The position numbers and the translations under genes were made by a program. From positions 23,928 to 87,927 of the forward strand of contig JALUUM010000040.1 in assembly GCA_027021365.1 (NCBI GenBank): a stretch of DNA of 64,000 nucleotides. Direction: 5' to 3'. Shown piece by piece: positions 10,163 to 19,806 of this stretch. Each line of letters opens with the position of its first letter. Positions within the stretch are counted from its first letter, which is position 1. The notes under the pieces were generated by a model. It saw only the letters and a list, made by a program, of their open reading frames with translations, did not search any database and was not told the origin of the DNA. The DNA is from Spirochaetales bacterium. GTDB taxonomy: Bacteria; Spirochaetota; Spirochaetia; SZUA-6.

Positions 10163-10256
10163 TTGTTATATTAAAGTAATGTAAATAAGTAATATATCCA
10201 AAGGCAAGACAATTTGAATTAAAAATAAAAAAATGTCAAGACGGAAAATCGTATTA

Positions 10257-10285
10257 TTGACATCAATCGAGTATTAACTTAAATT
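10257..10285 (+). promoter_or_regulatory. Sigma70-type promoter for infA
   Basis: TTGACA, a 17 nt spacer, then TAAATT. An AAAGGAGG RBS and a TTG start at 10308 follow. Confidence 0.5.
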
Positions 10286-10307
10286 CACATGAAAAGGAGG
10301 ATTTTTC

Positions 10308-10526
10308 TTGGCAAAAGAAGAAGCAATAGAGGTAGAAGGAACAGTAAAAGAATCACTGCCCAACACAATGTTCAGGGTCGAATTGCAAAATGGTCATCTA
10401 ATACTTGCTCACCTATCCGGGAAGATGAGGAAACACTACATAAGGATAGTTCCGGGAGATCGTGTAAAAGTTGCCCTTTCACCCTACGATTTATCCAGGG
10501 GAAGAATTATCTACAGAGAACGATAG
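10308..10526 (+). CDS. infA: Translation initiation factor IF-1
   Basis: [29 protein letters not shown]...[21 protein letters not shown] is the S1-like IF-1 sequence. TTG start with a strong RBS. Confidence 0.9.
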   Translation: MAKEEAIEVEGTVKESLPNTMFRVELQNGHLILAHLSGKMRKHYIRIVPGDRVKVALSPYDLSRGRIIYRER

Positions 10527-10540
10527 GCAATCGACGAATA

Positions 10541-10987
10541 TCAACGAATAATTACCCAAAGGGCGCCTTTCCCACCATGTTCCCTGTCAGCATAGCCCAT
10601 CTCACCGGCAAGCGGGTTTTTTTCTAGAAATCTTCTTACTGTTTTGCTTAAGACCGGTTCGCCCCTTGAATGATGGCCTTTTCCGTGTATTATGAGAACT
10701 TTTCTCACTCCATCCCTCTTGCATTGAAGAAGAAAAGCGGCAAGCCTCTCTTCAGCCCTACAGGCCTTCATTCCGTGAAGGTCTATTGTCCGTTGAGGCT
10801 CCATGTTTCGTAACCTGATACGTTCCGATATCAGTTTCTTCCTATCATCCTCATAGGCAGTTTTATCTTTTTCATCAGGCGGATGCCTGTCCAGCCATTC
10901 CTCGAGATCTCTGTGTATATTTTTCTTCTGCTTCTTCTTTTCCAGCTCCCATTGCCTTAAGATTTCACCGAAATCCTTATTCTTCAC
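10541..10987 (-). CDS. Smr-domain protein
   Basis: TIDLHGM...VLIIHGKGHHS is the Smr nuclease-domain motif. Confidence 0.75.
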   Translation of the reverse strand: MKNKDFGEILRQWELEKKKQKKNIHRDLEEWLDRHPPDEKDKTAYEDDRKKLISERIRLRNMEPQRTIDLHGMKACRAEERLAAFLLQCKRDGVRKVLIIHGKGHHSRGEPVLSKTVRRFLEKNPLAGEMGYADREHGGKGALWVIIR

Positions 10988-10994
10988 CTTTCAA

Positions 10995-13031
10995 CTACTC
11001 CTTCAGGTCCAGTTCGATGGCATCCTTCGTTACCCAGCCGACTGCTCCGTCAGCCGTTCTTACCAGGATAAACTCACCTGCTACCCCAAGATCGAGCAAT
11101 GGCATCCCCCTCTTTAATCTCAACCATGGTTTCGATTCTTCTTCCGGGATCTTTCTTACATCGGTCGAATCTTTCACCACGATTCCGGTTTTTCTCGATC
11201 GGTACCATGAATAGTAACCCAGCACGGCACCATCGCCTATCAGTGCAAGACCTGAAATGAATACGAGGGTAAGAAATATTATCCTACCTCCCGCAAGATA
11301 GAGTATAAGGAAAATGAAAATTAAGTTAAAAAGAATGATTCCTCCCGGCAAAAGAATGTTTACAGGCATGCTCAAGGACGGCGGTATATCTTCGTCAATT
11401 CCAAGTTCCTCTTCGATTCGTTTAAGAAACTCAAGGGCGATCCTGTCGCTCCCGTTTGTTTTCAGTAATTTTCTCAGCATATGCATGGCCTTTACAGGCC
11501 TGTCGAGCATGTAATAAGAATAGGAAAGATTGAAAAGTACGTCCCTGTTGCTTGGAAACAAATCTTCCAGTTTCTCGAAATATGTCAGAGCGGATTCGTA
11601 ATCTTCCTTCTCTAGTTTATTAACCCCGCTTGCAAACAAGCTATCAGGGTTCTGCCCTGGAGTTTGTAGACTGTTCAAACCGGTTGTTCCAGAAGCCACG
11701 AAAGTCAGAACTAGGAAGATGGATACACTGATAACGCCACGCCCCTTCCTTTTCCTTGCAAACATGTAAATCATGTAAACAAGGAATATAAGGGGCCCGG
11801 GTATGAGTAATAGAATAAGTTGAAAGCTAAAATAGTCATCGCGTTTTCTCGATACGGTAAAATCTGAGAGACTCCTGAACGAAAAAGGCACTACTCGGTT
11901 TACCTTTGCCTCTTTCTCACCTACGGAAAAATAGATTACTCTGCCCTTTAAAACCTTGATTCGATTGGATGAATCATCGAGGTAAGGGAAATCGGGAATA
12001 ACACATCGATACTTTCCGGGTTTCTCTGGAAAGAACTGGAAAGTCTCTTCCACATAGCCATTGTAGCCTTTCGACGAAGCAATGATGCTCCTTTTCTTTT
12101 CACCCACATTGACCTTAAGCCCTTCTATACGGGGAATAGGTAAAGAGAGAAAATTCAGGTTACCCCTGCCGGATATTCTAACCGTCACTTCGATACCCTT
12201 TCCCTGTGAGAGCTTTGTAGATGAATAACTGAACCTAATGTTAAACGAACCGATTGCAGAATACGGTAGTATTTCTTTTGGAAGGGGAAGGACCGTAACA
12301 TATGCCGGTGGCGTATATATCTTTACTCCTTTCTTGACTTCCACCCTGGCAGGGCTTATTCTGTATTTCCCCTTTTTTGAAAAGGTTACAAGGTAAGTCC
12401 TCAATGGTATCCTGTATAATCTTTTCCCCTTCACCTGATCCACTGTCAATTCTTCATTGCTCACCGCCTCTTCGAACCAGGAATTCCTGGGAGGTCTTAC
12501 AGTAATAGAGAGTGGCATTCGCAATTCATCCCAGTTTTCGAGCATCAGGGTCAATGGAACCGGCTCTCCAAGCTTGACGGTCTTTTTCCCTATTTGCCAG
12601 TAGAGCTTTGGCTTGGTATCAATCACTTCAATGTAGATGGGTTTTGTTTCTAGCCTGAGAGTATTCATTATTACCCTGAAACTACCCAGCCTGTGCTTTC
12701 CCCTTCTTCTTGCCAGTATGTTAAAAGTGATCGTAACACCGTTCTGTTCAATATTGGGTCTTATGAAGGGACCTCCTGTAACCTTGAAATACCTGCTGTC
12801 AGGCGGGGGCGTTACTACGACGGAAGAGAAAAAACTTCCCTTCACCATCAGCTCAAGTTTGAACTCATCGCCAAGAGAGGGAAATTCTGGCACAACCTTT
12901 ACAGCTAATTCTCCCGTCTCTTCCGCGAAGAGAGAATCAATGCCCGATATGGCAAGTAACAAGAGAAATAATAACAAACTTACCAGTCTGTATATTTTTT
13001 TGAAGTATCCTTCGATACCTTGGATCTCCAA
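10995..13031 (-). CDS. BatD/BatE-like fusion protein
   Basis: Signal/TM segment, a large beta-rich BatD-like region, internal TM helices, a TPR stretch (YESALTYFEKLEDLFPSNRDVLFNLSYSY) and an SH3b-like C-terminus (GAVGWVTKDAIELD). The 5' end overlaps the upstream gene by 52 nt, so the true start may be internal. Confidence 0.65.
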   Translation of the reverse strand: MEIQGIEGYFKKIYRLVSLLLFLLLLAISGIDSLFAEETGELAVKVVPEFPSLGDEFKLELMVKGSFFSSVVVTPPPDSRYFKVTGGPFIRPNIEQNGVTITFNILARRRGKHRLGSFRVIMNTLRLETKPIYIEVIDTKPKLYWQIGKKTVKLGEPVPLTLMLENWDELRMPLSITVRPPRNSWFEEAVSNEELTVDQVKGKRLYRIPLRTYLVTFSKKGKYRISPARVEVKKGVKIYTPPAYVTVLPLPKEILPYSAIGSFNIRFSYSSTKLSQGKGIEVTVRISGRGNLNFLSLPIPRIEGLKVNVGEKKRSIIASSKGYNGYVEETFQFFPEKPGKYRCVIPDFPYLDDSSNRIKVLKGRVIYFSVGEKEAKVNRVVPFSFRSLSDFTVSRKRDDYFSFQLILLLIPGPLIFLVYMIYMFARKRKGRGVISVSIFLVLTFVASGTTGLNSLQTPGQNPDSLFASGVNKLEKEDYESALTYFEKLEDLFPSNRDVLFNLSYSYYMLDRPVKAMHMLRKLLKTNGSDRIALEFLKRIEEELGIDEDIPPSLSMPVNILLPGGIILFNLIFIFLILYLAGGRIIFLTLVFISGLALIGDGAVLGYYSWYRSRKTGIVVKDSTDVRKIPEEESKPWLRLKRGMPLLDLGVAGEFILVRTADGAVGWVTKDAIELDLKE

Positions 13032-13591
13032 TATTTTTCCTCCATGACACTGACATGTTCCAATAACTTTAATGCGGTATTTTGCATATTACCCCTCTTG
13101 GCCTTTCCCGTGTCCCTCAACCTTTCTTCCTCCGCCTTGAAAAGTTTTTTGAGGGTCAATTCAAGATTTATCTTGGTATCTATATCAGACGGTTTTTCGG
13201 AAAGCGCTTTCCGGAAAAACCGGGCAGCTTTGCCGTAGTCCCCCGCCTGATAGTATATACATGCAAGATTGAAGGATGCCCTGAAACGCACCTCTTTCTC
13301 CTTGGATTGAACTATCTCGAGATACTTGCTAACAGCAGAATCAAACTCACCAAGCATGAAGTATACGTTTCCGATATCATATTTCAGAATTGCATCGCCT
13401 TCATCTGTCGATCTCTTTTTCTCTGTTAGCAGGTTAAAATAATCCAGAAGTGATTTGTCATATTCACCATGCCTGTAGTAGTAGTTTCCCCTTAGAATTA
13501 TCAATCGACCGGAATCGGTCCTGCAACCTGTAATAACAAAGGGGATAATTATCAATAGTGAAATGGGAATTAGCACTCTCATCAATTTCAT
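12980..13591 (-). CDS. TPR-repeat protein (BatC-like)
   Basis: Signal peptide with a lipobox-like ITGC and several TPR-like repeats. It lies between vWA genes and the BatD-like gene. Confidence 0.7.
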   Translation of the reverse strand: MKLMRVLIPISLLIIIPFVITGCRTDSGRLIILRGNYYYRHGEYDKSLLDYFNLLTEKKRSTDEGDAILKYDIGNVYFMLGEFDSAVSKYLEIVQSKEKEVRFRASFNLACIYYQAGDYGKAARFFRKALSEKPSDIDTKINLELTLKKLFKAEEERLRDTGKAKRGNMQNTALKLLEHVSVMEEKYWRSKVSKDTSKKYTDW

Positions 13592-14595
13592 AGCGATCCC
13601 CTCAACCTGACTCGCCAGACAAGGATTGATAACAGAAGGAAGAACAATCCTGCAGATAGAACGAGTGACACACGGCTCACCTTCTCTTTCTTGAAACCAT
13701 ATCCAATGGTTCCTCTTGAGGAATCGGCGAAAATATTTCCATGTATATCATCTGTTTTCTCTGGACCTTCCAATGCAAAGTATTTCCCGTCACTTAAGAG
13801 AGATATTTTTCTCAGAACAGATTCATCTGCACGCGTTATAACAGTTTCGCCATTCTCATCTTTCAGAAATCTGTTCTTTCCAAGTGGTATCTTACCTCCT
13901 TTTTTTGTTCCAACCAGGATACTCGTTACAGGAATACCCAGCTTACCTAGCATCTTCGCCACCCTTTCCGGATTGCCACTTCTGTTTTCCCCGTCAGAGA
14001 GTAGTATGATGATTCCCATTTTGTTTTCATCCCTGGAAAACATTTCAAGGGAAGCAACCAGTCCACTCTCGATATCACTACCCGGTTTCAATGGTAAAAC
14101 GCTTCCCATATTTTCCCTCAAGTTGTCCAGGTAATTGGATATAGCAAACCTGTCGTCGGTAAGAGGAATAGCTCTCCTCGCCGTACCGCTAAAAATCACT
14201 ACACCGAACAGCCCATCTTCCACTCTATCCATCAACGATTCCACAAAGGAAACAGATGCCTCCAACCTCGATGGAAGAATGTCCTGGGCAAGCATACTGG
14301 GTGATACATCAATAGTAAAAACTACCTTGTATCCTTCCCTCTTTTCCTGCTTCAATTCTTCTCCCCAGCGGATCCCCGCTATGCCGAAAATACCGAGTGT
14401 CAAGAAAAAGATAAAAAAAAGGGAAGAAAAAAAGCTCTTTATGAAATAAACATTCTTAATCTGTCGATACCGGTATTCACCGGCAAGGCGCTTAAGATCC
14501 CTTGTTCCTTTCGTGTAGATGAAATAAAAGAGAAAAGAGAGTGGGACTTCTATAAGCAGAAGCAAGAGGTAATAGCTGTTATCGAAACTGATCAT
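13588..14595 (-). CDS. vWA-domain protein (BatB-like)
   Basis: N-terminal TM helix and a vWA MIDAS motif (VVFTIDVSPSM). C-terminal TM. Confidence 0.8.
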   Translation of the reverse strand: MISFDNSYYLLLLLIEVPLSFLFYFIYTKGTRDLKRLAGEYRYRQIKNVYFIKSFFSSLFFIFFLTLGIFGIAGIRWGEELKQEKREGYKVVFTIDVSPSMLAQDILPSRLEASVSFVESLMDRVEDGLFGVVIFSGTARRAIPLTDDRFAISNYLDNLRENMGSVLPLKPGSDIESGLVASLEMFSRDENKMGIIILLSDGENRSGNPERVAKMLGKLGIPVTSILVGTKKGGKIPLGKNRFLKDENGETVITRADESVLRKISLLSDGKYFALEGPEKTDDIHGNIFADSSRGTIGYGFKKEKVSRVSLVLSAGLFFLLLSILVWRVRLRGSL

Positions 14596-15623
14596 CCGAG
14601 TATTTCCTTGAGCAAGATTTTTCTCATTGCAAAATCTAACAGTATCAACAACATTCCTAGAAGTATGAAGGTTTTTGACTTATTTTCTTTTACAGTTTTG
14701 AAACTTGTCAACCTTACAACCTTTTCCTCGGAATCTATTCTTTCAAATATTTCGCGAAGTGATTCTTCATCAGGCGCATAGAAATATCGGCCACCACTTC
14801 GCTTTGCAATCCTTTTCAAGAGAGCTACTCCTAGCCTACCCCTATACATACCTTGATAGAGTTTTCCGGTCTTCGGATCACGGAATTCTATGTATGTATC
14901 TTCATTCTTACCGATCCCGATTGTATATATCTTAATACCAAGCTGCATGGCGATATCTGCAGCAGTTTCGGGCAGAATTTCGCCCGAATTGTTATCACCA
15001 TCTGTAAGCAGAATTATTACCCGCGGAGCAGACTTGCTCTGCTTCAAATGATTGATGGCAACTGCTATCCCGTTCCCTATGGAGGTCCCATTGCCCAGTT
15101 CCATTATCTGTAAAGAATCCAGTTTTGAGTATAGTGCATCATATTCAGCAGTTGGTGGTACAATCAGGGCAGCTTCTCTGCTGAAAGCTACCAGTCCGAT
15201 CCTGTCGTTTTCCCTTCCACTGATAAAATTCTTTATAATCTCCTTTGCAGCTTCAAACCTGTTCTCCGGCTGAAAATCCTTTGCCGACATGCTGGGTGAC
15301 TCATCAAGAACGATGATTATTTCAGCACCACTGCTTAGATAGACCTTTTTCCTGGAGATAGCAGATGGGGCTGCCGCAGCAATCACCAGAAACACAACCC
15401 CACTCCAAAAGAAAAACTGGCCCAGAAGTATCAACCTTCTCATCGTCCTATCCCACTTTTCGTACCCCCTATCCTTCCATACCGCATAACTGAATGGGAT
15501 TACTCCTCCCTTCGTTCGCTGCTTTTCCAGGTACCATATAATGAAGGGCAGCAAAAAAAGAAAGCTCAGAATTACCGGCTTATCAAAACTCAAGTCAAAC
15601 ATCGATACCCTCGATATCTTCAA
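14592..15623 (-). CDS. vWA-domain protein (BatA-like)
   Basis: N-terminal TM helix and a vWA MIDAS motif (IIIVLDESPSMSAKD...ILLTDGDNN). C-terminal TM. Confidence 0.8.
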   Translation of the reverse strand: MKISRVSMFDLSFDKPVILSFLFLLPFIIWYLEKQRTKGGVIPFSYAVWKDRGYEKWDRTMRRLILLGQFFFWSGVVFLVIAAAAPSAISRKKVYLSSGAEIIIVLDESPSMSAKDFQPENRFEAAKEIIKNFISGRENDRIGLVAFSREAALIVPPTAEYDALYSKLDSLQIMELGNGTSIGNGIAVAINHLKQSKSAPRVIILLTDGDNNSGEILPETAADIAMQLGIKIYTIGIGKNEDTYIEFRDPKTGKLYQGMYRGRLGVALLKRIAKRSGGRYFYAPDEESLREIFERIDSEEKVVRLTSFKTVKENKSKTFILLGMLLILLDFAMRKILLKEILG

Positions 15624-16497
15624 CCAATTCCTTCATTACCAAAATATGAGTTTTCATATCATCCAGTACAGGTTTGTAACCCTGGAATTTCACCTTATCG
15701 GAAAACTTGAAAAAATCCATCAGCTTCTTAACAACAGCATCATCCAACCCTGATTCCTCGATTTTCTCTGTCAATTCCTTGGTTGTCAAAGACTCAATAT
15801 TCTTTCCTATCCTGGAGGAAAGATACCTCTTTAACAGCCGAGTCAGTTTCATATAGAAGATCCTCTTCTCGAATTTTGAGATATCTTTTTCCAGTGACAG
15901 AAGACCTCGCCTGTACTCGAGCAGAGGAATACGCTTTAGGATATTTTCCCTTATCCTTAGAACGAGAGATTTGATCTTGACAAAACCAAACACCAGTATG
16001 AAGGGAAGAGAAAAAACAAGGAATGTGAAAATCACAATGACCCTGTAAGTTCCCGGGAAAGTCAACTGATCTTTTATTCCTCTGGGGTATTTGACTTTCC
16101 GTATCTCCAGCACTGAACTTGTATAGATTTGCAGATTGCTTAATGTAATATCACCCAGTCTGATTACCGGGAGCACTTGCGTTCCCGGTTGATAAGAAAT
16201 AAAAAAAATTCTCACAGTTACATCGTTATTGGAAGCTTTCTCAATCTTCACTTTCACTATTTTAAGCCAATCCGTTTCCGGTATCGACCGGGGTACCTCC
16301 ACCCTAACTCTCTCTTGCAGTTTTAACTCGATTCTAAGTTCAACGGTATCACCCACAAAAAACTTCTGAGGAAGGAAAATTTCCCTCTTTATCGAGAAAT
16401 TTTCTTCACCGAAGGAAATTGAATAAACAAGCATGGTATAGAACAGGCTACAGAACAAAAGGAGCGTAGACCTCCTGTAGGTTACCATTCCGCTCAA
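15595..16497 (-). CDS. Hypothetical membrane protein in the Bat/MoxR operon
   Basis: Signal peptide plus an internal TM segment, positioned between the DUF58 and vWA genes as in Bat operons. Confidence 0.55.
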   Translation of the reverse strand: MSGMVTYRRSTLLLFCSLFYTMLVYSISFGEENFSIKREIFLPQKFFVGDTVELRIELKLQERVRVEVPRSIPETDWLKIVKVKIEKASNNDVTVRIFFISYQPGTQVLPVIRLGDITLSNLQIYTSSVLEIRKVKYPRGIKDQLTFPGTYRVIVIFTFLVFSLPFILVFGFVKIKSLVLRIRENILKRIPLLEYRRGLLSLEKDISKFEKRIFYMKLTRLLKRYLSSRIGKNIESLTTKELTEKIEESGLDDAVVKKLMDFFKFSDKVKFQGYKPVLDDMKTHILVMKELVEDIEGIDV

Positions 16498-17366
16498 TAC
16501 CTCTTTCTTCTCTGAAAAAATTTGTACAGTTCGAAACCAATATCCTGCATGGTATCTATTTCAAGACGACTGACACCATATTTCGAGCAATTCTTTCTCC
16601 ACTTTCTCTGGTGAGCCAACCAGTAATCTCTGTATGCCTTCCTGAAATTCTTCGATCTGCCGGATGCATAGAGTATCGAATCATTTTCCGGTTCCACCAG
16701 CCCCACCAACCCCGTGTCAGGAAAGGATAAATCATTATCATCGGTTACCCTTATGGCAATGACATCATGCTTTCTGGCAAGAAGAGACATTTCATGCCAG
16801 TAATCATCCGTCTTGAAATCGGAGATTATCACACATATGCTCCTCTTCTTGAGAAATCTGTTTGTTGTTTCCAGAGCAAGGGCCAGATTAGAACCCTTTC
16901 CAATCGTTTCGGTTGAAAGGAAATTGGATATGAGCCCCAGGGCATGTTTCTTTCCCTTGGCAAGGCCAACCCATTTCTCTACTCTGTCGGTGAAAAAAAG
17001 AGCCCCTACCCTGTCACTATTCAGTGCAGCAGAGAGTGCCAGTATCGCAAGTATCAGAGCTTCGGTTTCCAGTTTTCCCCTCTTTCCGGAACCATTTTGA
17101 ACAGAGGCCGAGAGATCGAGAATATTGAACAGGTTTAGCTCTCTCTCTTCCCTGAAAGTCTTTACATAGGGCGAACCCGTCCGTGCCGTTACATTCCAAT
17201 CGATCATCCTGGTATCATCACCGTACATATAGCTTCTGAATTCATCGAACTCTATCCCCGGCCCCCTGAAAACAGACCTGTAATTTCCAGAAAAAACATT
17301 GTAAACGAGCTTATTGGCAATGAGTTCTATTCTTTTTATTGAATCGAGACCGTATGAGTTCCTCAT
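16494..17366 (-). CDS. DUF58-family protein (vWA-like MoxR partner)
   Basis: Directly downstream of MoxR. The DWNVTARTG...ILDLSASV pattern is typical of DUF58. Confidence 0.75.
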   Translation of the reverse strand: MRNSYGLDSIKRIELIANKLVYNVFSGNYRSVFRGPGIEFDEFRSYMYGDDTRMIDWNVTARTGSPYVKTFREERELNLFNILDLSASVQNGSGKRGKLETEALILAILALSAALNSDRVGALFFTDRVEKWVGLAKGKKHALGLISNFLSTETIGKGSNLALALETTNRFLKKRSICVIISDFKTDDYWHEMSLLARKHDVIAIRVTDDNDLSFPDTGLVGLVEPENDSILYASGRSKNFRKAYRDYWLAHQRKWRKNCSKYGVSRLEIDTMQDIGFELYKFFQRRKRY

Positions 17367-17367
17367 A

Positions 17368-18348
17368 TCATGGAACCTGAACGTAGCTTAGTATTGCCCT
17401 TACTATCTCTTCAGTAGTAATTCCCTCCGACTCCGCCTCGTAGTTGAGGATCAAGCGATGCCTCATAACGTCGATTGCAACATCTTTAACATCCTCAGGT
17501 ATTACAAAATCTCTTCCCTCAAAGAGAGCCTTTATCTTAGAACACCTGTAAAGATATATCGACGCCCTTGGAGAGGCTCCGTATGAGATATACTTCGAAA
17601 ACTCTTTCTTTCTGCTTGGCCTTTCTCTGGATACCGAAACAATGGAGACAATGTATTCCATGACAGAGGGATCCATCCTGATTTGTTTCACCGTATTCTT
17701 GAAATCAGTAACATCCCTGGAACCAGCTACTTTCTGCACATTGATATTTTTCTCATCACCTACCAGTCTCAGTATATCCATCTCTTCATCGAAATCCGGA
17801 TAACCGACCTTGAGCTTTAGTATAAAGCGGTCCAACTGAGCCTCGGGCAGCGGGTAAGTTCCCTCATGTTCTATCGGATTCTGGGTGGCAAGTACGAAAA
17901 ATGGATTGTCAAGTTTGAAGGTTTCATTTCCTATTGTTACCTGTTTTTCCTCCATCGCCTCAAGCAGGGCAGATTGAACCTTGGCCGGTGCCCTGTTTAT
18001 CTCGTCTGCAAGCACTATATTTGAAAATACGGGTCCCTTACGCGGTATGAATTCCCCCGTAGGCTGTCTGTAAATCATGGTACCTATGAGATCCGCCGGG
18101 AGGAGGTCAGGTGTAAACTGAATTCTTCTGAAGTTCAAGTCCAGTACCTCTGCCAGTGTTTTCACGGCCAGTGTCTTTGCCAGACCCGGCACTCCTTCTA
18201 TGAGTGCATGGCCGCCTGCAATAAGCGACATGAGCATTCCTTCCACCATCTTTTCCTGCCCAACGACCCTTTTTCCAATCTCTGCCTTGCATTTGTTAAG
18301 AATCGAACTTACCTCTTTGATTTTTGCATCGAGTTTCTCTCTAGTCAT
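17368..18348 (-). CDS. MoxR-family AAA+ ATPase
   Basis: VVGQEKMVEGMLMSLIAGGHALIEGVPGLAKT Walker A, a Walker B (VLADEINRA) and a MoxR-type C-terminus. Confidence 0.9.
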   Translation of the reverse strand: MTREKLDAKIKEVSSILNKCKAEIGKRVVGQEKMVEGMLMSLIAGGHALIEGVPGLAKTLAVKTLAEVLDLNFRRIQFTPDLLPADLIGTMIYRQPTGEFIPRKGPVFSNIVLADEINRAPAKVQSALLEAMEEKQVTIGNETFKLDNPFFVLATQNPIEHEGTYPLPEAQLDRFILKLKVGYPDFDEEMDILRLVGDEKNINVQKVAGSRDVTDFKNTVKQIRMDPSVMEYIVSIVSVSRERPSRKKEFSKYISYGASPRASIYLYRCSKIKALFEGRDFVIPEDVKDVAIDVMRHRLILNYEAESEGITTEEIVRAILSYVQVP

Positions 18349-18395
18349 TATTCTACCTTCAAATTTTCCTTGATTATTCGAGTATCATAGTGTTC

Positions 18396-19727
18396 TTACG
18401 ACCTGTAATCTGCATTTTCTCTTACATACTGGTAGGAGAGATCAGAGCCGATTACAGTTGATTCTTCCCTCCCACTGCCCAGGTCTATTTCTATCTCCAC
18501 TTTCCTATCATGCGCAGGAAATCTCTTTCCTTCCGAGTCCAACGCACAATCTTTAAAATAATCGGAAAGGAACTTTTCCGTTTCTTCATCGATCTTGAAA
18601 ACACCATTTTCAAAAACCATTTTCTTCCCTACGCGAATAGCTATTCTCTCCATGAACAATAAGCCGGAGGCTATCCTTATGAAACCGGGTGAAACAGCGA
18701 GTTCCGTATTACCAGCAAGCGAATTTCCAACAAAGTCACCGATAGAGGAAACTATCCTTCCTACATTAGGGTCATTTCCAAAGATCGCAGTCTTTACCAA
18801 CGGAGAGTTGACAACTGCCTTTCCCACGCCACGTGCTATAGCTTCGGAGGGAGCATTTATAACTGTCACCTGAATGACATGACCCACCCCTTCACCGTTT
18901 CTTACTACATCTTCCGAAAGTTTCCGGCAAAGCTCCTTCAGTTCATCCTCGTATTCAACAACTGAATCACACTCCACTTTGCCTGAGGAGAGAAAAATCA
19001 CCATATCACTTGTGCTCTGGTCTCCGTCTATCGATATCCTGTTAAAGCTCTCCTCTACAACCCGATGGAGCATTTCCCTCATTCCTTCCCTGTCAAGTTT
19101 GACATCGGTAAGGATAAAAGAAAGCATTGTTGCCATATTGGGTTCTATCATCCCTGCACCCTTGGCGATTCCCACTGTTCGTCCTTCACCGTGGAGAAAT
19201 GAACGCACCTTGGGATACGAGTCGGTTGTCATTATCGCCCTTGCAACCGGGAAAATCGATTCATCCTGTAATCCCTCGATAAGGGAGGGTAGCGAAGAAA
19301 TCATATCTTTGACCGGTAGTTTCCAGCCGATAATTCCCGTTGAACTGGGAAAAAAATCATACTTCTCGCATTCTAAAAGTCTGCCAAGCTCGGCAAGTAT
19401 CAATCTGGCATCTTCCACTCCCCCCTCGGCACAGACATTGGCAATCCTGTTGTTTACAAGAATGCCTCTCACCCTATCCCTGCTCAACAGTTCTTTGCCT
19501 ATTCTTACAGGAGCACCGGGGAATGCATTTCTCGTAAACACAGCGGCAAAGAGAGGACTCTTCTCTTTGAGAAGGATAAGTGAAAGATTCATTTTCATCG
19601 CATCGGGAACCTTTTTCTCGACCGGGAAAAATGTAAGTGATGTGGTAGAGGCAAGAAAACCCCTGGGAAGCAGTGCCCTTCTCTTGCAGCTTTCGATGTA
19701 TTCACCTTCCGAGTTGTACGATTCCAT
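18396..19727 (-). CDS. argJ: Bifunctional glutamate N-acetyltransferase/amino-acid acetyltransferase
   Basis: The ArgJ autoprocessing site (GMIEPNMATMLSFILTD) and length about 440 aa. Confidence 0.9.
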   Translation of the reverse strand: MESYNSEGEYIESCKRRALLPRGFLASTTSLTFFPVEKKVPDAMKMNLSLILLKEKSPLFAAVFTRNAFPGAPVRIGKELLSRDRVRGILVNNRIANVCAEGGVEDARLILAELGRLLECEKYDFFPSSTGIIGWKLPVKDMISSLPSLIEGLQDESIFPVARAIMTTDSYPKVRSFLHGEGRTVGIAKGAGMIEPNMATMLSFILTDVKLDREGMREMLHRVVEESFNRISIDGDQSTSDMVIFLSSGKVECDSVVEYEDELKELCRKLSEDVVRNGEGVGHVIQVTVINAPSEAIARGVGKAVVNSPLVKTAIFGNDPNVGRIVSSIGDFVGNSLAGNTELAVSPGFIRIASGLLFMERIAIRVGKKMVFENGVFKIDEETEKFLSDYFKDCALDSEGKRFPAHDRKVEIEIDLGSGREESTVIGSDLSYQYVRENADYRS

Positions 19728-19806
19728 GAGCTATTTATATTACATTAGCCCTCTCAATTTCAAGCTGTCATTTGACCTATCTCCTATTTTGGATTACAAT
19801 CTTTTC

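Noticed and set aside
10596-10616. GC-rich segment followed by a T7 run that looked like an infA terminator
   Set aside because: It lies inside the coding region of the convergent Smr gene (minus strand, encoding ...GEMGYADREHGG...) and no clean stem was found.
13691-14449. Plus-strand ORFs of 147 and 104 aa
   Set aside because: They are antisense to the vWA (BatB-like) gene, whose MIDAS motif confirms the minus-strand frame.
18979-19806. N-terminal 276 codons of the 587 aa plus-strand ORF in the track
   Set aside because: It lies entirely antisense to argJ, which has a diagnostic autoprocessing site. The real gene begins at the internal ATG at 19807.
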